Assembly: GCA_964016885.1 (NCBI GenBank)
Contig: OZ024748.1
Coordinates: 24,428,001 to 24,492,000 of the forward strand
Length of the DNA stretch: 64,000 bases
DNA from: Eledone cirrhosa
Taxonomy: Eukaryota
Direction: 5' to 3'
Shown: positions 42,301-58,000 of the stretch, piece by piece
Layout: the number at the start of each line of letters is the position of its first letter
Numbering within the stretch: the stretch's first letter is position 1
Program-made: the position numbers and the translations under genes
Notes under the pieces: generated by a model
What the model was told of the DNA's origin: nothing
Database searches by the model: none
Seen by the model: the letters and a program-made list of their open reading frames with translations, nothing else

Positions 42301-43079
42301 ATTGACTTGATCCTTGTTGTCAGTCAACTATCTACAATACTTAACTTTATCCTTGTTGTCAGTCAACTATCTACAATACTTGACTTGATCCTTGTTGCCA
42401 GTCAACTATCTACAATAATTGACTTGATCCTTGTTGCCAGTCAACTATCTACAATACTTGACTTGATCCTTGTTGCCTGTCAACTATCTACAATACTTGA
42501 CTTGATCCTTGTTTTCAGTCAACTATCTACAATAATTGACTTGATCCTTGTTGTCAGTCAACTATCTACAATACTTAACTTTATCCTTGTTGTCAGTCAA
42601 CTATCTACAACACTTGACTTGATCCTTGTTGACAGTCAACTATCTACAATACTTGACTTGATCCTTGTTGTCAGTCAACTATCTACAATAATTGACTTGA
42701 TCCTTGTTGTCAGTCAACTATCTACAATAATTGACTTGATCCTTGTTCCCAGTCAACTATCAACAATACTTGACTTGATCCTTGTTTTCAGTCAACTATC
42801 TACAATAATTGACTTGATCCTTGTTGTCAGTCAACTATCTACAATACTTAACTTTATCCTTGTTGCCAGTCAACTATCTGCAATACTTGACTTGATCCTT
42901 GTTTTCAGTCAACTATCTACAATACTTGACTTGATCCTTGTTTTCAGTCAACTATCTACAATAGGTAACTTTATCCTTGTTGTCAGTCAACTATCTACAA
43001 TAATTGACTTGATCCTTGTTGCCAGTCAACTATCTACAATACTTGACTTGATCCTTGTTGCCTGTCAACTATCTACAAT

Positions 43080-46000
43080 ACTTGACTTGATCCTTGTTTT
43101 CAGTCAACCATCTACAATAATTGACTTGATCCTTGTTGTCAGTCAACTATCTACAATAATTGACTTGATCCTTGTTGTCAGTCAACTATCTACAATACTT
43201 AACTTTATCCTTGTTTTCAGTCAACTATCTACAATAGGTAACTTTATCCTTGTTGTCAGTCAACTATCTACAATAATTGACTTGATCCTTGTTGCCAGTC
43301 AACTATCTACAATACTTGACTTGATCCTTGTTGCCTGTCAACTATCTACAATACTTGACTTGATCCTTGTTTTCAGTGAACTATCTACAATAATTGACTT
43401 GATCCTTGTTGTCAGTCAACTATCTACAATACTTAACTTTATCCTTGCTGTCAGTCAACTATCTACAACACTTGACTTGATCCTTGTTGTCAGTCAACTA
43501 TCTACAATACTTGACTTGATCCTTGTTGTCAGTCAACTATCTAAAATAATTGACTTGATCCTTGTTGTCAGTCAACTATCTACAATACTTGATTGATCCT
43601 TGTTCCCAGTCAACTATCAACAATACTTGACTTGATCCTTGTTTTCAGTCAACTATCTACAATAATTGACTTGATCCTTGTTGTCAGTCAACTATCTACA
43701 ATACTTAACTTTATCCTTGTTGCCAGTCAACTATCTGCAATACTTGACTTGATCCTTGTTTTCAGTCAACTATCTACAATACTTCACTTGATCCTTGTTG
43801 TCAGTCAACTATCTACAATACTTGACTTGATCCTTGTTGTCAGTCAACTATCTACAATACTTGACTTGATCCTTGTTGCCAGTCAACTATCTACAATACT
43901 TGACTTGATCCTTGTTTTCAGTCAACTATCTACAATAGGTAACTTTATCCTTGTTGTCAGTCAACTATCTACAATACTTGACTTGATCCTTGTTGCCAGT
44001 CAACTATCTACAATACTTGACTTGATCCTTGTTTTCAGTCAACTATCTACAATACTTAACTTTATCCTTGTTGTCAGTCAACTATCTACAATAATTGACT
44101 TGATCCTTGTTGCCAGTCAACTATCTACAATACTTGACTTGATCCTTGTTGCCTGTCAACTATCTACAATAATTGACTTGATCCTTGTTGTCAGTCAACT
44201 ATCTACAATAATTGACTTGATCCTTGTTGTCAGTCAACTATCTACAATACTTAACTTTATCCTTGTTGTCAGTCAACTATCCACAATACTTGACTTGATC
44301 CTTGTTGCCTGTCAACTATCTACAATAATTGACTTGATCCTTGTTGTCAGTCAACTATCTACAATAATTGCCTTGATCCTTGTTGTCAGTCAACTATCTA
44401 CAATAATTGACTTGATCCTTGTTGTCAGTCAACTATCTACAATACTTGACTTGATCCTTGTTTTCAGTCAACTATCTACAATAATTGACTTGATCCTTGT
44501 TGTCAGTCAACTATCTACAATACTTAACTTTATCCTTGTTGCCAGTCAACTATCTGCAATACTTGACTTGATCCTTGTTTTCAGTCAACTATCTACAATA
44601 ATTGACTTGATCCTTGTTGTCAGTCAACTATCTACAATACTTGACTTGATCCTTGTTGCCAGTCAACTATCTACAATACTTGACTTGATCCTTGTTGTCA
44701 GTCAACTATCTACAATACTTGACTTGATCCTTGTTGTCAGTCATCTATCTACAATACTTGACTTGATCCTTGTTTTCAGTCAACTATCTACAATAGGTAA
44801 CTTTATCCTTGTTGTCAGTCAACTATCTACAATACTTGACTTGATCCTTGTTGCCAGTCAACTATCTACAATACTTGACTTTATCCTTGTTGCCAGTCAA
44901 CTATCTACAATACTTGACTTTTCCTTGTTGTCAGTCAACTATCTACAATAATTGACTTGATCCTTGTTTTCAGTCAACTATCTACAATACTTGACTTGAT
45001 CCTTGTTTTCAGTCAACTATCTACAATAATTGACTTGATCCTTGTTGTCAGTCAACTATCTACATTACTTGACTTTATCCTTGTTGCCAGTCAACTATCT
45101 ACAATACTTGACTTGATCCTTGTTGTCAGTCAACTATCTACAATACTTGACTTGATCCTGGTTGCCAGTCAACTATCTACAATACTTGACTTGATCCTTG
45201 TTGTCAGTCAACTATCTACAATAATTGACTTGATCCTTGTTGTCAGTCAACTATCTACAATACATAACTTTATCCTTGTTGTCAGTCAACTATCTACAAT
45301 ACTTGACTTGATCCTTGTTGCCAGTCAACTATCTACAATAATTGACTTGATCCTTGTTGTCAGTCAACTATCTACAATACTTAACTTTATCCTTGTTGTC
45401 AGTCAACTATCTACAACACTTGACTTGATCCTTGTTGTCAGTCAACTATCTACAATACTTGACTTGATCCTTGTTGTCAGTCAACTATCTAAAATAATTG
45501 ACTTGATCCTTGTTGTCAGTCAACTATCTACAATACTTGATTGATCCTTGTTCCCAGTCAACTATCAACAATACTTGACTTGATCCTTGTTTTCAGTCAA
45601 CTATCTACAATAATTGACTTGATCCTTGTTGTCAGTCAACTATCCACAATACTTAACTTTATCCTTGTTGCCAGTCAACTATCTGCAATACTTGACTTGA
45701 TCCTTGTTTTCAGTCAACTATCTACAATACTTGACTTGATCCTTGTTGTCAGTCAACTATCTACAATACTTGACTTGATCCTTGTTGTCAGTCAACTATC
45801 TACAATACTTGACTTGATCCTTGTTGCCAGTCAACTATCTACAATACTTGACTTGATCCTTGTTTTCAGTCAACTATCTACAATAGGTAACTTTATCCTT
45901 GTTGTCAGTCAACTATCTACAATACTTGACTTGATCCTTGTTGCCAGTCAAGTATCTACAATACTTGACTTGATCCTTGTTTTCAGTCAACTATCTACAA

Positions 46001-49000
46001 TACTTAACTTTATCCTTGTTGTCAGTCAACTATCTACAATACTTGACTTGATCCTTGTTTTCAGTCAACTATCTACAATACTTGACTTTATCCTTGTTGC
46101 CAGTCAACTATCTACAATACTTGACTTGATCCTTGTTGTCAGTCAACTATCTACAATACTTGACTTGATCCTGGTTGCCAGTCAACTATCTACAATACTT
46201 GACTTGATCCTTGTTGTCAGTCAACTATCTACAATACTTGACTTGATACCTGGTTGTCAGTCAACTATCTATAATACTTGACTTGATCCTTGTTTTCAGT
46301 CAACTATCTACAATAATTGACTTGATCCTTGTTGCCAGTCAACTATCTACAATACTTGACTTGATCCTTGTTGCCAGTCAACTATCTACAATACTTGACT
46401 TGATCCTTGTTTTCAGTCAACCATCTACTATAATTGACTTGATCCTTGTTGTTAGTCAACTATCTACAATACTTAACTTTATCCTTGTTGTCAGTCAACT
46501 ATCTACAATACTTGACTTGATCCTTGTTGCCAGTCAACTATCTACAATAATTGACTTGATCCTTGTTGCCAGTCAACTATCTACAATACTTGACTTGATC
46601 CTTGTTGCCTGTCAACTATCAACAATACTTGACTTGATCCTTGCTTTCAGTCAACTATCTACAATAATTGACTTGATCCTTGTTGTCAGTCAACTATCTA
46701 CAATACTTAACTTTATCCTTGTTGTCAGTCAACTATCTACAATACATGACTTGATCCTTGTTGTCAGTCAACTATCTACAATACTTGACTTGATCCTTGT
46801 CGTCAGTCAACTATCTACAATACTTGACTTGATCCTTGTTTTCAGTCAACCATCTACAATAATTGTCTTGATCCTTGTTGTCAGTCAACTATCTACAATA
46901 CTTGACTTGATCCTTGTTGCCAGTCAACTATCTACAATACTTGACTTGATCCTTGTTTTCAGTCAACCATCTACAATAATTGACTTGATCCTTGTTGTTA
47001 GTCAACTATCTACAATACTTAACTTTATCCTTGTTGTCAGTCAACTATCTACAATACTTGACTTGATCCTTGTTGCCAGTCAACTATCTACAATAATTGA
47101 CTTGATCCTTGTTGCCAGTCAACTATCTACAATACTTGACTTGATCCTTGTTGCCAGTCAACTATCAACAATACTTGACTTGATCCTTGTTTTCAGTCAA
47201 CTATCTACAATAATTGACTTGATTCTTGTTGTCAGTCAACTATCTACAATACTTAACTTTATCCTTGTTGTCAGTCAACTATCTACAATACATGACTTGA
47301 TCCTTGTCAGTCAACTATCTACAATACTTAACTTGATCATTGTTGTCAGTCAACTATCTACAATACTTGACTTGATCCTTGTTTTCAGTCAACCATCTAC
47401 AATAATCGACTTGATCCTTGTTGTCAGTCAACTATCTACAATAATTGACTTGATCCTTGTTGTCAGTCGACTATCTACAATACTTAACTTTATCCTTGTT
47501 GTCAGTCAACTATCTACAATACTTGACTTGATCCTTGTTGCCAGTCAACTATCTACAATAATTGACTTGATCCTTGTTGCCAGTCAACTATCTACAATAG
47601 TTGACTTGATCCTTATTTTCAGTCAACTATCTACAATAATTGACTTGATCCTTGTTGTCAGTCAACTATCTACAATACTTAACTTTATCCTTGTTGTCAG
47701 TCAACTATCTACAACACTTGACTTGATCCTTGTTGTCAGTCAACTATCTACAATACTTGACTTGATCCTTGTTGTCAGTCAACTATCTACAATAATTTAC
47801 TTGATCCTTGTTGTCAGTCAACTATCTACAATACTTGACTTCATCCTTGTTGCCAGTCAACTATCAACAATACTTGACTTGATCCTTGTTTTCAGTCAAC
47901 TATCTACAATAATTGACTTGATCCTTGTTGTCAGTCAACTATCTACAATACTTAACTTTATCCTTGTTGCCAGTCAACTATCTACAATACTTGACTTGAT
48001 CCTTGTTTTCAGTCAACTATCTACAATAATTGACTTGATCCTTGTTGTCAATCAACTATCTACAATACTTGACTTGATCCTTGTTGCCAGTCAACTATCT
48101 ACAATACTTGACTTGATCCTTGTTGTCAGTCAACTATCTACAATACTTGACTTGATCCTTGTTGTCAGTCAACTATCTACAATACTTGACTTGATCCTTG
48201 TTGCCAGTCAACTATCTACAATACTTGACTTGATCCTTGTTGTCAGTCAACTATCTACAATACTTGACTTGATCCTTGTTGCCAGTCAACTATCTACAAT
48301 ACTTGACTTGATCCTTGTTTTCAGTCAACTATCTACAATACGTAACTTTATCCTTGTTGCCAGTCAACTATCTACAATACTTGACTTTATCCTTGTTGCC
48401 AGTCAACTATCTACAATACTTGACTTTTCCTTGTTGTCAGTCAACTATCTACAATACTTGACTTGATCCTTGTTTTCAGTCAACTATCTACAATAATTGA
48501 CTTGATCCTTGTTGTCAGTCAACTATCTACAATACTTGACTTGATCCTTGTTGTCAGTCAACTATCTACAATACTTGACTTGATCCTGGTTGCCAGTCAA
48601 CTATCTACAATACTTGACTTGATCCTTGTTGTCAGTCAACTATCTACAATACTTGACTTGATCCTGGTTGCCAGTCAACTATCTACAATATTTTACTTGA
48701 TCCTTGTTGTCAGTCAACTATCTACATTACTTGACTTTATCCTTGTTGCCAGTCAACTATCTACAATACTTGACTTGATGCTGGTTGTCAGTCAACTATC
48801 TACAATACTTGACTTGATCCTTGTTGTCAGTCAACTATCTACAATACTTGACTTTATCCTTGTCGCCAGTCAACTATCTACAATACTTGACTTGATCCTT
48901 GTTGTCAGTCAACTATCTACAATACTTGACTTGATCCTGGTTGCCAGTCAACTATCTACAATACTTGACTTGATCCTTGTTGTCAGTCAACTATCTACAA

Positions 49001-52000
49001 TACTTGACTTGATCCTGGTTGTCAGTCAACTATCTACAATACTTGACTTGATCCTTGTTTTCAGTCAACTATCTACAATAATTGACTTGATCCTTGTTGC
49101 CAGTCAACTATCTACAATACTTGACTTGATCCTTGTTGCCAGTCAACTATCAACAATACTTGACTTGATCCTTGTTTTCAGTCAACTATCTACAATAATT
49201 GACTTGATTCTTGTTGTCAGTCAACTATCTACAATACTTAACTTTATCCTTGTTGTCAGTCAACTATCTACACTACATGACTTGATCCTTGTCAGTCAAC
49301 TATCTACAATACTTAACTTGATCATTGTTGTCAGTCAACTATCTACAATACTTGACTTGATCCTTGTTTTCAGTCAACCATCTACAATAATCGACTTGAT
49401 CCTTGTTGTCAGTCAACTATCTACAATAATTGACTTGATCCTTGTTGTCAGTCGACTATCTACAATACTTAACTTTATCCTTGTTGTCAGTCAACTATCT
49501 ACAATACTTGACTTGATCCTTGTTGCCAGTCAACTATCTACAATAATTGACTTGATCCTTGTTGCCAGTCAACTATCTACAATACTTGACTTGATCCTTG
49601 TTGCCTGTCAACTATCTACAATAGTTGACTTGATCCTTATTTTCAGTCAACTATCTACAATAATTGACTTGATCCTTGTTGTCAGTCAACTATCTACAAT
49701 ACTTAACTTTATCCTTGTTGTCAGTCAACTATCTACAACACTTGACTTGATCCTTGTTGTCAGTCAACTATCTACAATACTTGACTTGATCCTTGTTGTC
49801 AGTCAATTATCTACAATAATTTACTTGATCCTTGTTGTCAGTCAACTATCTACAATACTTGACTTGATCCTTGTTGCCAGTCAACTATCAACAATACTTG
49901 ACTTGATCCTTGTTTTCAGTCAACTATCTACAATAATTGACTTGATCCTTGTTGTCAGTCAACTATCTACAATACTTAACTTTATCCTTGTTGCCAGTCA
50001 ACTATCTACAATACTTGACTTGATCCTTGTTTTCAGTCAACTATCTACAATAATTGACTTGATCCTTGTTGTCAGTCAACTATCTACAATACTTGACTTG
50101 ATCCTTGTTTTCAGTCAACTATCTACAATACGTAACTTTATCCTTGTTGTCAGTCAACTATCTACAATACTTGACTTGATCCTTGTTGCCAGTCAACTAT
50201 CTACAATACTTGACTTTATCCTTGTTGCCAGTCAACTATCTACAATACTTGACTTTTCCTTGTTGTCAGTCAACTATCTACAATACTTGACTTGATCCTT
50301 GTTTTCAGTCAACTATCTACAATAATTGACTTGATCCTTGTTGTCAGTCAACTATCTACAATACTTGACTTGATCCTTGTTGTCAGTCAACTATCTACAA
50401 TACTTGACTTGATCCTGGTTGCCAGTCAACTATCTACAATACTTGACTTGATCCTTGTTGTCAGTCAACTATCTACAATACTTGACTTGATCCTGGTTGC
50501 CAGTCAACTATCTACAATATTTTACTTGATCCTTGTTGTCAGTCAACTATCTACATTACTTGACTTTATTCTTGTTGCCAGTCAACTATCTACAATACTT
50601 GACTTGATCCTTGTTGTCAGTCAACTATCTACAATACTTGACTTGATGCTGGTTGTCAGTCAACTATCTACAATACTTGACTTGATCCTTGTTGTCAGTC
50701 AACTATCTACAATACTTGACTTTATCCTTGTCGCCAGTCAACTATCTACAATACTTGACTTGATCCTTGTTGTCAGTCAACTATCTACAATACTTGACTT
50801 GATCCTGGTTGCCAGTCAACTATCTACAATACTTGACTTGATCCTTGTTGTCAGTCAACTATCTACAATACTTGACTTGATCCTGGTTGTCAGTCAACTA
50901 TCTACGATACTTGACTTGATCCTTGTTTTCAGTCAACCATCTACAATAATTGACTTGATCCTTGTTGTCAGTCAACTATCTACAATAATTGACTTGATCC
51001 TTGTTGTCAGTCAACTATCTACAATACTTAACTTTATCCTTGTTTTCAGTCAACTATCTACAATAGGTAACTTTATCGTTGTTGTCAGTCAACTATCTAC
51101 AATAATTGACTTGATCCTTGTTGCCAGTCAACTATCTACAATACTTGACTTGATCCTTGTTGCCTGTCAACTATCTACAATACTTGACTTGATCCTTGTT
51201 TTCAGTGAACTATCTACAATAATTGACTTGATCCTTGTTGTCAGTCAACTATCTACAATACTTAACTTTATCCTTGTTGTCAGTCAACTATCTACAACAC
51301 TTGACTTGATCCTTGTTGTCAGTCAACTATCTACAATACTTGACTTGATCCTTGTTGTCAGTCAACTATCTAAAATAATTGACTTGATCCTTGTTGTCAG
51401 TCAACTATCTACAATACTTGATTGATCCTTGTTCCCAGTCAACTATCAACAATACTTGACTTGATCCTTGTTTTCAGTCAACTATCTACAATAATTGACT
51501 TGATCCTTGTTGTCAGTCAACTATCTACAATACTTAACTTTATCCTTGTTGCCAGTCAACTATCTGCAATACTTGACTTGATCCTTGTTTTCAGTCAACT
51601 ATCTACAATACTTGACTTGATCCTTGTTGTCAGTCAACTATCTACAATACTTGACTTGATCCTTGTTGTCAGTCAACTATCTACAATACTTGACTTGATC
51701 CTTGTTGCCAGTCAACTATCTACAATACTTGACTTGATCCTTGTTTTCAGTCAACTATCTACAATAGGTAACTTTATCCTTGTTGTCAGTCAACTATCTA
51801 CAATACTTGACTTGATCCTTGTTGCCAGTCAACTATCTACAATACTTGACTTGATCCTTGTTTTCAGTCAACTATCTACAATACTTAACTTTATCCTTGT
51901 TGTCAGTCAACTATCTACAATAATTGACTTGATCCTTGTTGCCAGTCAACTATCTACAATACTTGACTTGATCCTTGTTGCCTGTCAACTATCTACAATA

Positions 52001-55000
52001 ATTGACTTGATCCTTGTTGTCAGTCAACTATCTACAATAATTGACTTGATCCTTGTTGTCAGTCAACTATCTACAATACTTAACTTTATCCTTGTTGTCA
52101 GTCAACTATCCACAATACTTGACTTGATCCTTGTTGCCTGTCAACTATCTACAATAATTGACTTGATCCTTGTTGTCAGTCAACTATCTACAATAATTGA
52201 CTTGATCCTTGTTTTCAGTCAACTATCTACAATAATTGACTTGATCCTTGTTGTCAGTCAACTATCTACAATACTTGACTTGATCCTTGTTCCCAGTCAA
52301 CTATCAACAATACTTGACTTGATCCTTGTTTTCAGTCAACTATCTACAATAATTGACTTGATCCTTGTTGTCAGTCAACTATCTACAATACTTAACTTTA
52401 TCCTTGTTGCCAGTCAACTATCTGCAATACTTGACTTGATCCTTGTTTTCAGTCAACTATCTACAATAATTGACTTGATCCTTGTTGTCAGTCAACTATC
52501 TACAATACTTGACTTGATCCTTGTTGCCAGTCAACTATCTACAATACTTGACTTGATCCTTGTTGTCAGTCAACTATCTACAATACTTGACTCGATCCTT
52601 GTTGTCAGTCAACTATCTACAATACTTGACTTGATCCTTGTTTTCAGTCAACTATCTACAATAGGTAACTTTATCCTTGTTGTCAGTCAACTATCTACAA
52701 TACTTGACTTGATCCTTGTTGCCAGTCAACTATCTACAATACTTGACTTTATCCTTGTTGCCAGTCAACTATCTACAATACTTGACTTTTCCTTGTTGTC
52801 AGTCAACTATCTACAATAATTGACTTGATCCTTGTTTTCAGTCAACTATCTACAATACTTGACTTGATCCTTGTTTTCAGTCAACTATCTACAATAATTG
52901 ACTTGATCCTTGTTGTCAGTCAACTATCTACATTACTTGACTTTATCCTTGTTGCCAGTCAACTATCTACAATACTTGACTTGATCCTTGTTGTCAGTCA
53001 ACTATCTACAATACTTGACTTGATCCTGGTTGCCAGTCAACTATCTACAAAACTTGACTTGATCCTTGTTGTCAGTCAACTATCTACAATAATTGACTTG
53101 ATCCTTGTTGTCAGTCAACTATCTACAATACATAACTTTATCCTTGTTGTCAGTCAACTATCTACAATACTTGACTTGATCCTTGTTGCCAGTCAACTAT
53201 CTACAATAATTGACTTGATCCTTGTTGTCAGTCAACTATCTACAATACTTAACTTTATCCTTGTTGTCAGTCAACTATCTACAACACTTGACTTGATCCT
53301 TGTTGTCAGTCAACTATCTACAATACTTGACTTGATCCTTGTTGTCAGTCAACTATCTAAAATAATTGACTTGATCCTTGTTGTCAGTCAACTATCTACA
53401 ATACTTGATTGATCCTTGTTCCCAGTCAACTATCAACAATACTTGACTTGATCCTTGTTTTCAGTCAACTATCTACAATAATTGACTTGATCCTTGTTGT
53501 CAGTCAACTATCTACAATACTTAACTTTATTCTTGTTGCCAGTCAACTATCTGCAATACTTGACTTGATCCTTGTTTTCAGTCAACTATCTACAATACTT
53601 GACTTTATCCTTGTTGTCAGTCAACTATCTACAATACTTGACTTGATCCTTGTTGCCAGTCAACTATCTAAAATACTTGACTTGATCCTTGTTTTCAGTC
53701 AACTATCTACAATAGGTAACTTTATCCTTGTTGTCAGTCAACTATCTACAATACTTGACTTGATCCTTGTTGCCAGTCAACTATCTACAATACTTGACTT
53801 GATCCTTGTTTTCAGTCAACTATCTACAATACTTAACTTTATCCTTGTTGTCAGTCAACTATCTACAATACTTGACTTGATCCTTGTTGTCAGTCAACTA
53901 TCTACAATACTTGACTTTATCCTTGTTGCCAGTCAACTATCTACAATACTTGACTTGATCCTTGTTGTCAGTCAACTATCTACAATACTTGACTTGATCC
54001 TGGTTGCCAGTCAACTATCTACAATACTTGACTTGATCCTTGTTGTCAGTCAACTATCTACAATACTTGACTTGATCCTGGTTGTCAGTCAACTATCTAC
54101 AATACTTGACTTTATCCTTGTTTTCAGTCAACTATCTACAATAATTGACTTGATCCTTGTTGCCAGTCAACTATCTACAATACTTGACTTGATCCTTGTT
54201 GCCAGTCAACTATCTACAATACTTGACTTGATCCTTGTTTTCAGTCAACCATCTACAATAATTGACTTGATCCTTGTTGTTAGTCAACTATCTACAATAC
54301 TTAACTTTATTCTTGTTGTCAGTCAACTATCTACAATACTTGACTTGATCCTTGTTGCCAGTCAACTATCTACAATAATTGACTTGATCCTTGTTGCCAG
54401 TCAACTATCTACAATACTTGACTTGATCCTTGTTGCCTGTCAACTATCAACAATACTTGACTTGATCCTTGCTTTCAGTCAACTATCTACAATAATTGAC
54501 TTGATCCTTGTTGTCAGTCAACTATCTACAATACTTAACTTTATCCTTGTTGTCAGTCAACTATCTACAATACATGACTTGATCCTTGTTGTCAGTCAAC
54601 TATCTACAATACTTGACTTGATCCTTGTTTTCAGTCAACCATCTACAATAATTGTCTTGATCCTTGTTGTCAGTCAACTATCTACAATACTTGACTTGAT
54701 CCTTGTTGCCAGTCAACTATCTACAATACTTGACTTGATCCTTGTTTTCAGTCAACCATCTACAATAATTGACTTGATCCTTGTTGTTAGTCAACTATCT
54801 ACAATACTTAACTTTATCCTTGTTGTCAGTCAACTATCTACAATACTTGACTTGATCCTTGTTGCCAGTCAACTATCTACAATAATTGACTTGATCCTTG
54901 TTGCCAGTCAACTATCTACAATACTTGACTTGATCCTTGTTGCCAGTCAACTATCAACAATACTTGACTTGATCCTTGTTTTCAGTCAACTATCTACAAT

Positions 55001-58000
55001 AATTGACTTGATTCTTGTTGTCAGTCAACTATCTACAATACTTAACTTTATCCTTGTTGTCAGTCAACTATCTACAATACATGACTTGATCCTTGTCAGT
55101 CAACTATCTACAATACTTAACTTGATCATTGTTGTCAGTCAACTATCTACAATACTTGACTTGATCCTTGTTTTCAGTCAACCATCTACAATAATCGACT
55201 TGATCCTTGTTGTCAGTCAACTATCTACAATAATTGACTTGATCCTTGTTGTCAGTCGACTATCTACAATACTTAACTTTATCCTTGTTGTCAGTCAACT
55301 ATCTACAATACTTGACTTGATCCTTGTTGCCAGTCAACTATCTACAATAATTGACTTGATCCTTGTTGCCAGTCAACTATCTACAATAGTTGACTTGATC
55401 CTTATTTTCAGTCAACTATCTACAATAATTGACTTGATCCTTGTTGTCAGTCAACTATCTACAATACTTAACTTTATCCTTGTTGTCAGTCAACTATCTA
55501 CAAAACTTGACTTGATCCTTGTTGTCAGTCAACTATCTACAATACTTGACTTGATCCTTGTTGTCAGTCAACTATCTACAATAATTTACTTGATCCTTGT
55601 TGTCAGTCAACTATCTACAATACTTGACTTGATCCTTGTTGCCAGTCAACTATCAACAATACTTGACTTGATCCTTGTTTTCAGTCAACTATCTACAATA
55701 ATTGACTTGATCCTTGTTGTCAGTCAACTATCTACAATACTTAACTTTATCCTTGTTGCCAGTCAACTATCTACAATACTTGACTTGATCCTTGTTTTCA
55801 GTCAACTATCTACAATAATTGACTTGATCCTTGTTGTCAGTCAACTATCTACAATACTTGACTTGATCCTTGTTGCCAGTCATCTATCTACAATACTTGA
55901 CTTGATCCTTGTTGTCAGTCAACTATCTACAATACTTGACTTGATCCTTGTTGTCAGTCAACTATCTACAATACTTGACTTGATCCTTGTTGCCAGTCAA
56001 CTATCTACAATACTTGACTTGATCCTTGTTGTCAGTCAACTATCTACAATACTTGACTTGATCCTTGTTGCCAGTCAACTATCTACAATACTTGACTTGA
56101 TCCTTGTTTTCAGTCAACTATCTACAATACGTAACTTTATCCTTGTTGCCAGTCAACTATCTACAATACTTGACTTTATCCTTGTTGCCAGTCAACTATC
56201 TACAATACTTGACTTTTCCTTGTTGTCAGTCAACTATCTACAATACTTGACTTGATCCTTGTTTTCAGTCAACTATCTACAATAATTGACTTGATCCTTG
56301 TTGTCAGTCAACTATCTACAATACTTGACTTGATCCTTGTTGTCAGTCAACTATCTACAATACTTGACTTGATCCTGGTTGCCAGTCAACTATCTACAAT
56401 ACTTGACTTGATCCTTGTTGTCAGTCAACTATCTACAATACTTGACTTGATCCTGGTTGCCAGTCAACTATCTACAATATTTTACTTGATCCTTGTTGTC
56501 AGTCAACTATCTACATTACTTGACTTTATCCTTGTTGCCAGTCAACTATCTACAATACTTGACTTGATCCTTGTTGTCAGTCAACTATCTACAATACTTG
56601 ACTTGATGCTGGTTGTCAGTCAACTATCTACAATACTTGACTTGATCCTTGTTGTCAGTCAACTATCTACAATACTTGACTTTATCCTTGTCGCCAGTCA
56701 ACTATCTACAATACTTGACTTGATCCTTGTTGTCAGTCAACTATCTACAATACTTGACTTGATCCTGGTTGCCAGTCAACTATCTACAATACTTGACTTG
56801 ATCCTTGTTGTCAGTCAACTATCTACAATATTTGACTTGATCCTGGTTGTCAGTCAACTATCTACAATACTTGACTTGATCCTTGTTTTCAGTCAACTAT
56901 CTACAATAATTGACTTGATCCTTGTTGCCAGTCAACTATCTACAATACTTGACTTGATCCTTGTTGCCAGTCAACTATCAACAATACTTGACTTGATCCT
57001 TGTTTTCAGTCAACTATCTACAATAATTGACTTGATTCTTGTTGTCAGTCAACTATCTACAATACTTAACTTTATCCTTGTTGTCAGTCAACTATCTACA
57101 ATACATGACTTGATCCTTGTCAGTCAACTATCTACAATACTTAACTTGATCATTGTTGTCAGTCAACTATCTACAATACTTGACTTGATCCTTGTTTTCA
57201 GTCAACCATCTACAATAATCGACTTGATCCTTGTTGTCAGTCAACTATCTACAATAATTGACTTGATCCTTGTTGTCAGTCGACTATCTACAATACTTAA
57301 CTTTATCCTTGTTGTCAGTCAACTATCTACAATACTTGACTTGATCCTTGTTGCCAGTCAACTATCTACAATAATTGACTTGATCCTTGTTGCCAGTCAA
57401 CTATCTACAATACTTGACTTGATCCTTGTTGCCTGTCAACTATCTACAATAGTTGACTTGATCCTTATTTTCAGTCAACTATCTACAATAATTGACTTGA
57501 TCCTTGTTGTCAGTCAACTATCTACAATACTTAACTTTATCCTTGTTGTCAGTCAACTATCTACAACACTTGACTTGATCCTTGTTGTCAGTCAACTATC
57601 TACAATACTTGACTTGATCCTTGTTGTCAGTCAACTATCTACAATAATTTACTTGATCCTTGTTGTCAGTCAACTATCTACAATACTTGACTTGATCCTT
57701 GTTGCCAGTCAACTATCAACAATACTTGACTTGATCCTTGTTTTCAGTCAACTATCTACAATAATTGACTTGATCCTTGTTGTCAGTCAACTATCTACAA
57801 TACTTAACTTTATCCTTGTTGCCAGTCAACTATCTACAATACTTGACTTGATCCTTGTTTTCAGTCAACTATCTACAATAATTGACTTGATCCTTGTTGT
57901 CAGTCAACTATCTACAATACTTGACTTGATCCTTGTTGCCAGTCAACTATCTACAATACTTGACTTGATCCTTGTTGTCAGTCAACTATCTACAATACTT

